Shown here: positions 23,318 to 24,000 of the stretch, one piece after another
Numbering within the stretch: the stretch's first letter is position 1
Layout: each line of letters starts with the position of its first letter
Assembly (NCBI GenBank): GCA_964627365.1
Contig: CAZVJS010000006.1
Coordinates: 3,075-27,074 of the forward strand
Source of the DNA: an uncultured Candidatus Saccharibacteria bacterium
GTDB lineage: Bacteria; Patescibacteriota; Saccharimonadia; Saccharimonadales; CAZPPF01
Direction of reading: 5' to 3'
Length of the DNA stretch: 24,000 bases
Notes under the pieces: model-generated
Databases searched by the model: none
Told to the model about the DNA's origin: nothing
Seen by the model: the letters and a program-made list of their open reading frames with translations, nothing else
Program-made: the position numbers and the translations under genes

Positions 23318-23518
23318 TGTTTATCTCCTTAATCTTCTTTGCCTCAGGCAGCCTAGTGGCTGGCGGGAGGGAGCAGGATCTGTGATGCTGCCTCCAGTCA
23401 GCGTTCGGCTGCCGGTACCACAATACTACGGAAGCGTCCTTGAGAAGTCTGTTAGTAATATCACAGTTATTCAGTTGGGGCAGGACTACACTCTACGCAT
23501 TAAACAGGAGGATTTCAT

Positions 23519-23665
23519 ATGCTATTGTGGGTCGCAATTATCGTCGTTGTTCTCTGGTTGTTGGGGTTGCTTGGACATATTGGGGGCGGGCTCATAAACC
23601 TTCTCCTGGTGGTGGCGCTAATACTCTTTATTGCCAGTATTTTGTCTGGTCGCCGCGAAGTTTAG
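23519..23665 (+). CDS. lmo0937-family-like small (48 aa) two-helix membrane protein
   Basis: Absent from the track. AGGAGG lies 7 nt upstream of ATG 23519. MLLWVAIIVVVLWLLGLLGHIGGGLINLLLVVALILFIASILSGRREV follows the helix-GxxGG-helix-GRR pattern of that small-protein family. Confidence 0.6.
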   Translation: MLLWVAIIVVVLWLLGLLGHIGGGLINLLLVVALILFIASILSGRREV

Positions 23666-24000
23666 TCCAAGTCGCCAAGTACTTCTTGGTAAACGGCTAG
23701 AGTTTGTTCGGCTGTCTTTTGCCAGGAGTATCTTGCTGTCCGCTGTTTACCGAGCTCGCGCAGCTTCTTTGCCCTTTCTGGATTGTCGATAACTTTTGCG
23801 ATGGCTTTGGCAATTTCGCCTGAGTCGTAAGGGTCAAAGTATTCAGCAGCGTCACCATAGACCTCAGGCAGGCATGTAGCATTGCTGGATACCACTGGTG
23901 CGCCCTCCAGCATGGCTTCTAGGCCCGGCAGGCCAAAACCCTCACTCAAGGAAGGGAAGACGTATGCTGCGGTGTTCTGGTACAGCCATCTGAGCTGGCC
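23662..24000 (-). CDS. Glycosyltransferase family 4 (GT-B, group 1), C-terminal part; gene continues past the right edge
   Basis: The reverse-strand frame stays open to the window edge: ...VFPSLSEGFGLPGLEAMLEGAPVVSSNATCLPEVYGDAAEYFDP, the EX7E-type motif region of group-1 glycosyltransferases. Its stop overlaps the convergent small gene by 4 nt. Confidence 0.85.
   Translation of the reverse strand, partial: GQLRWLYQNTAAYVFPSLSEGFGLPGLEAMLEGAPVVSSNATCLPEVYGDAAEYFDPYDSGEIAKAIAKVIDNPERAKKLRELGKQRTARYSWQKTAEQTLAVYQEVLGDLD

Noticed and set aside
23341-23420. tRNA-like impression (TAGTGG, GTTCGG, terminal ACCA)
   Set aside because: No 7-bp acceptor stem can be formed between the ends. The GTTCG loop is 5 nt on a 4-bp stem rather than a T-arm. 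The reverse strand fails as well.
23193-23597. Track ORFs 23193-23423 (-), 23197-23385 (+), 23244-23597 (+) and 23440-23700 (+)
   Set aside because: They are mutually overlapping, lack SD sequences and cut across the better-supported small genes (23141-23317 with AAGGAG; 23519-23665 with AGGAGG and a recognisable family pattern).
1-24000. Looked for CRISPR repeats, IS/transposase or integrase genes, terminal inverted repeats, and rRNA/tRNA genes
   Set aside because: I found no periodic short repeats, no recombinase-like ORF, and no long direct or inverted repeats. The only exact repeat noted is the 24-bp in-frame duplication at 5951-6013. By-eye inspection cannot exclude short att-type repeats.

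Overview
The window appears to be the chromosomal replication-origin neighbourhood of a small-genome, monoderm-style bacterium. Protein styles fit Patescibacteria/CPR, possibly Saccharibacteria-like, but that is inference only. The right part (16.8-22.8 kb) has classic origin synteny: recF<-dnaN<-dnaA, a DnaA-box cluster, then ->rpmH->rnpA->yidC->jag. After that come three small ORFs, mostly missing from the >=60 aa track, and the 3' end of a GT4-type glycosyltransferase. The left two thirds (1-16.8 kb) hold a ~17 kb type IV secretion (T4SS)-like locus, the most interesting content. It has three tandem VirB2/TrbC-like pilin paralogs on the minus strand. A divergent plus-strand gene string follows: a bitopic protein; a 1060-aa VirB6/TrbL-like polytopic protein; a 459-aa very basic disordered protein; a PrgI/VirB3-like protein; a VirB4 split into an N-domain ORF plus an ATPase ORF; a 1015-aa membrane protein ending in an SGNH/GDSL hydrolase; a CwlT-like bifunctional peptidoglycan hydrolase; and a membrane-anchored 516-aa protein. 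The core order (PrgI - VirB4 - big polytopic - hydrolase) mirrors Gram-positive conjugation modules (Tn916 orf17-14, ICEBs1 conD-conE-conG-cwlT). No coupling ATPase, relaxase, integrase or flanking repeats are visible, and VirB2-like pilins are present, so it looks like a domesticated or repurposed machine. Other observations: consensus sigma70-type promoters sit 7-10 nt from start codons (leaderless-type transcripts), and the T4SS string runs head-on into recF with only a 5-nt gap. I saw no CRISPR array, rRNA, tRNA or transposase. All functional calls rest on motif recognition by eye; no searches were run.
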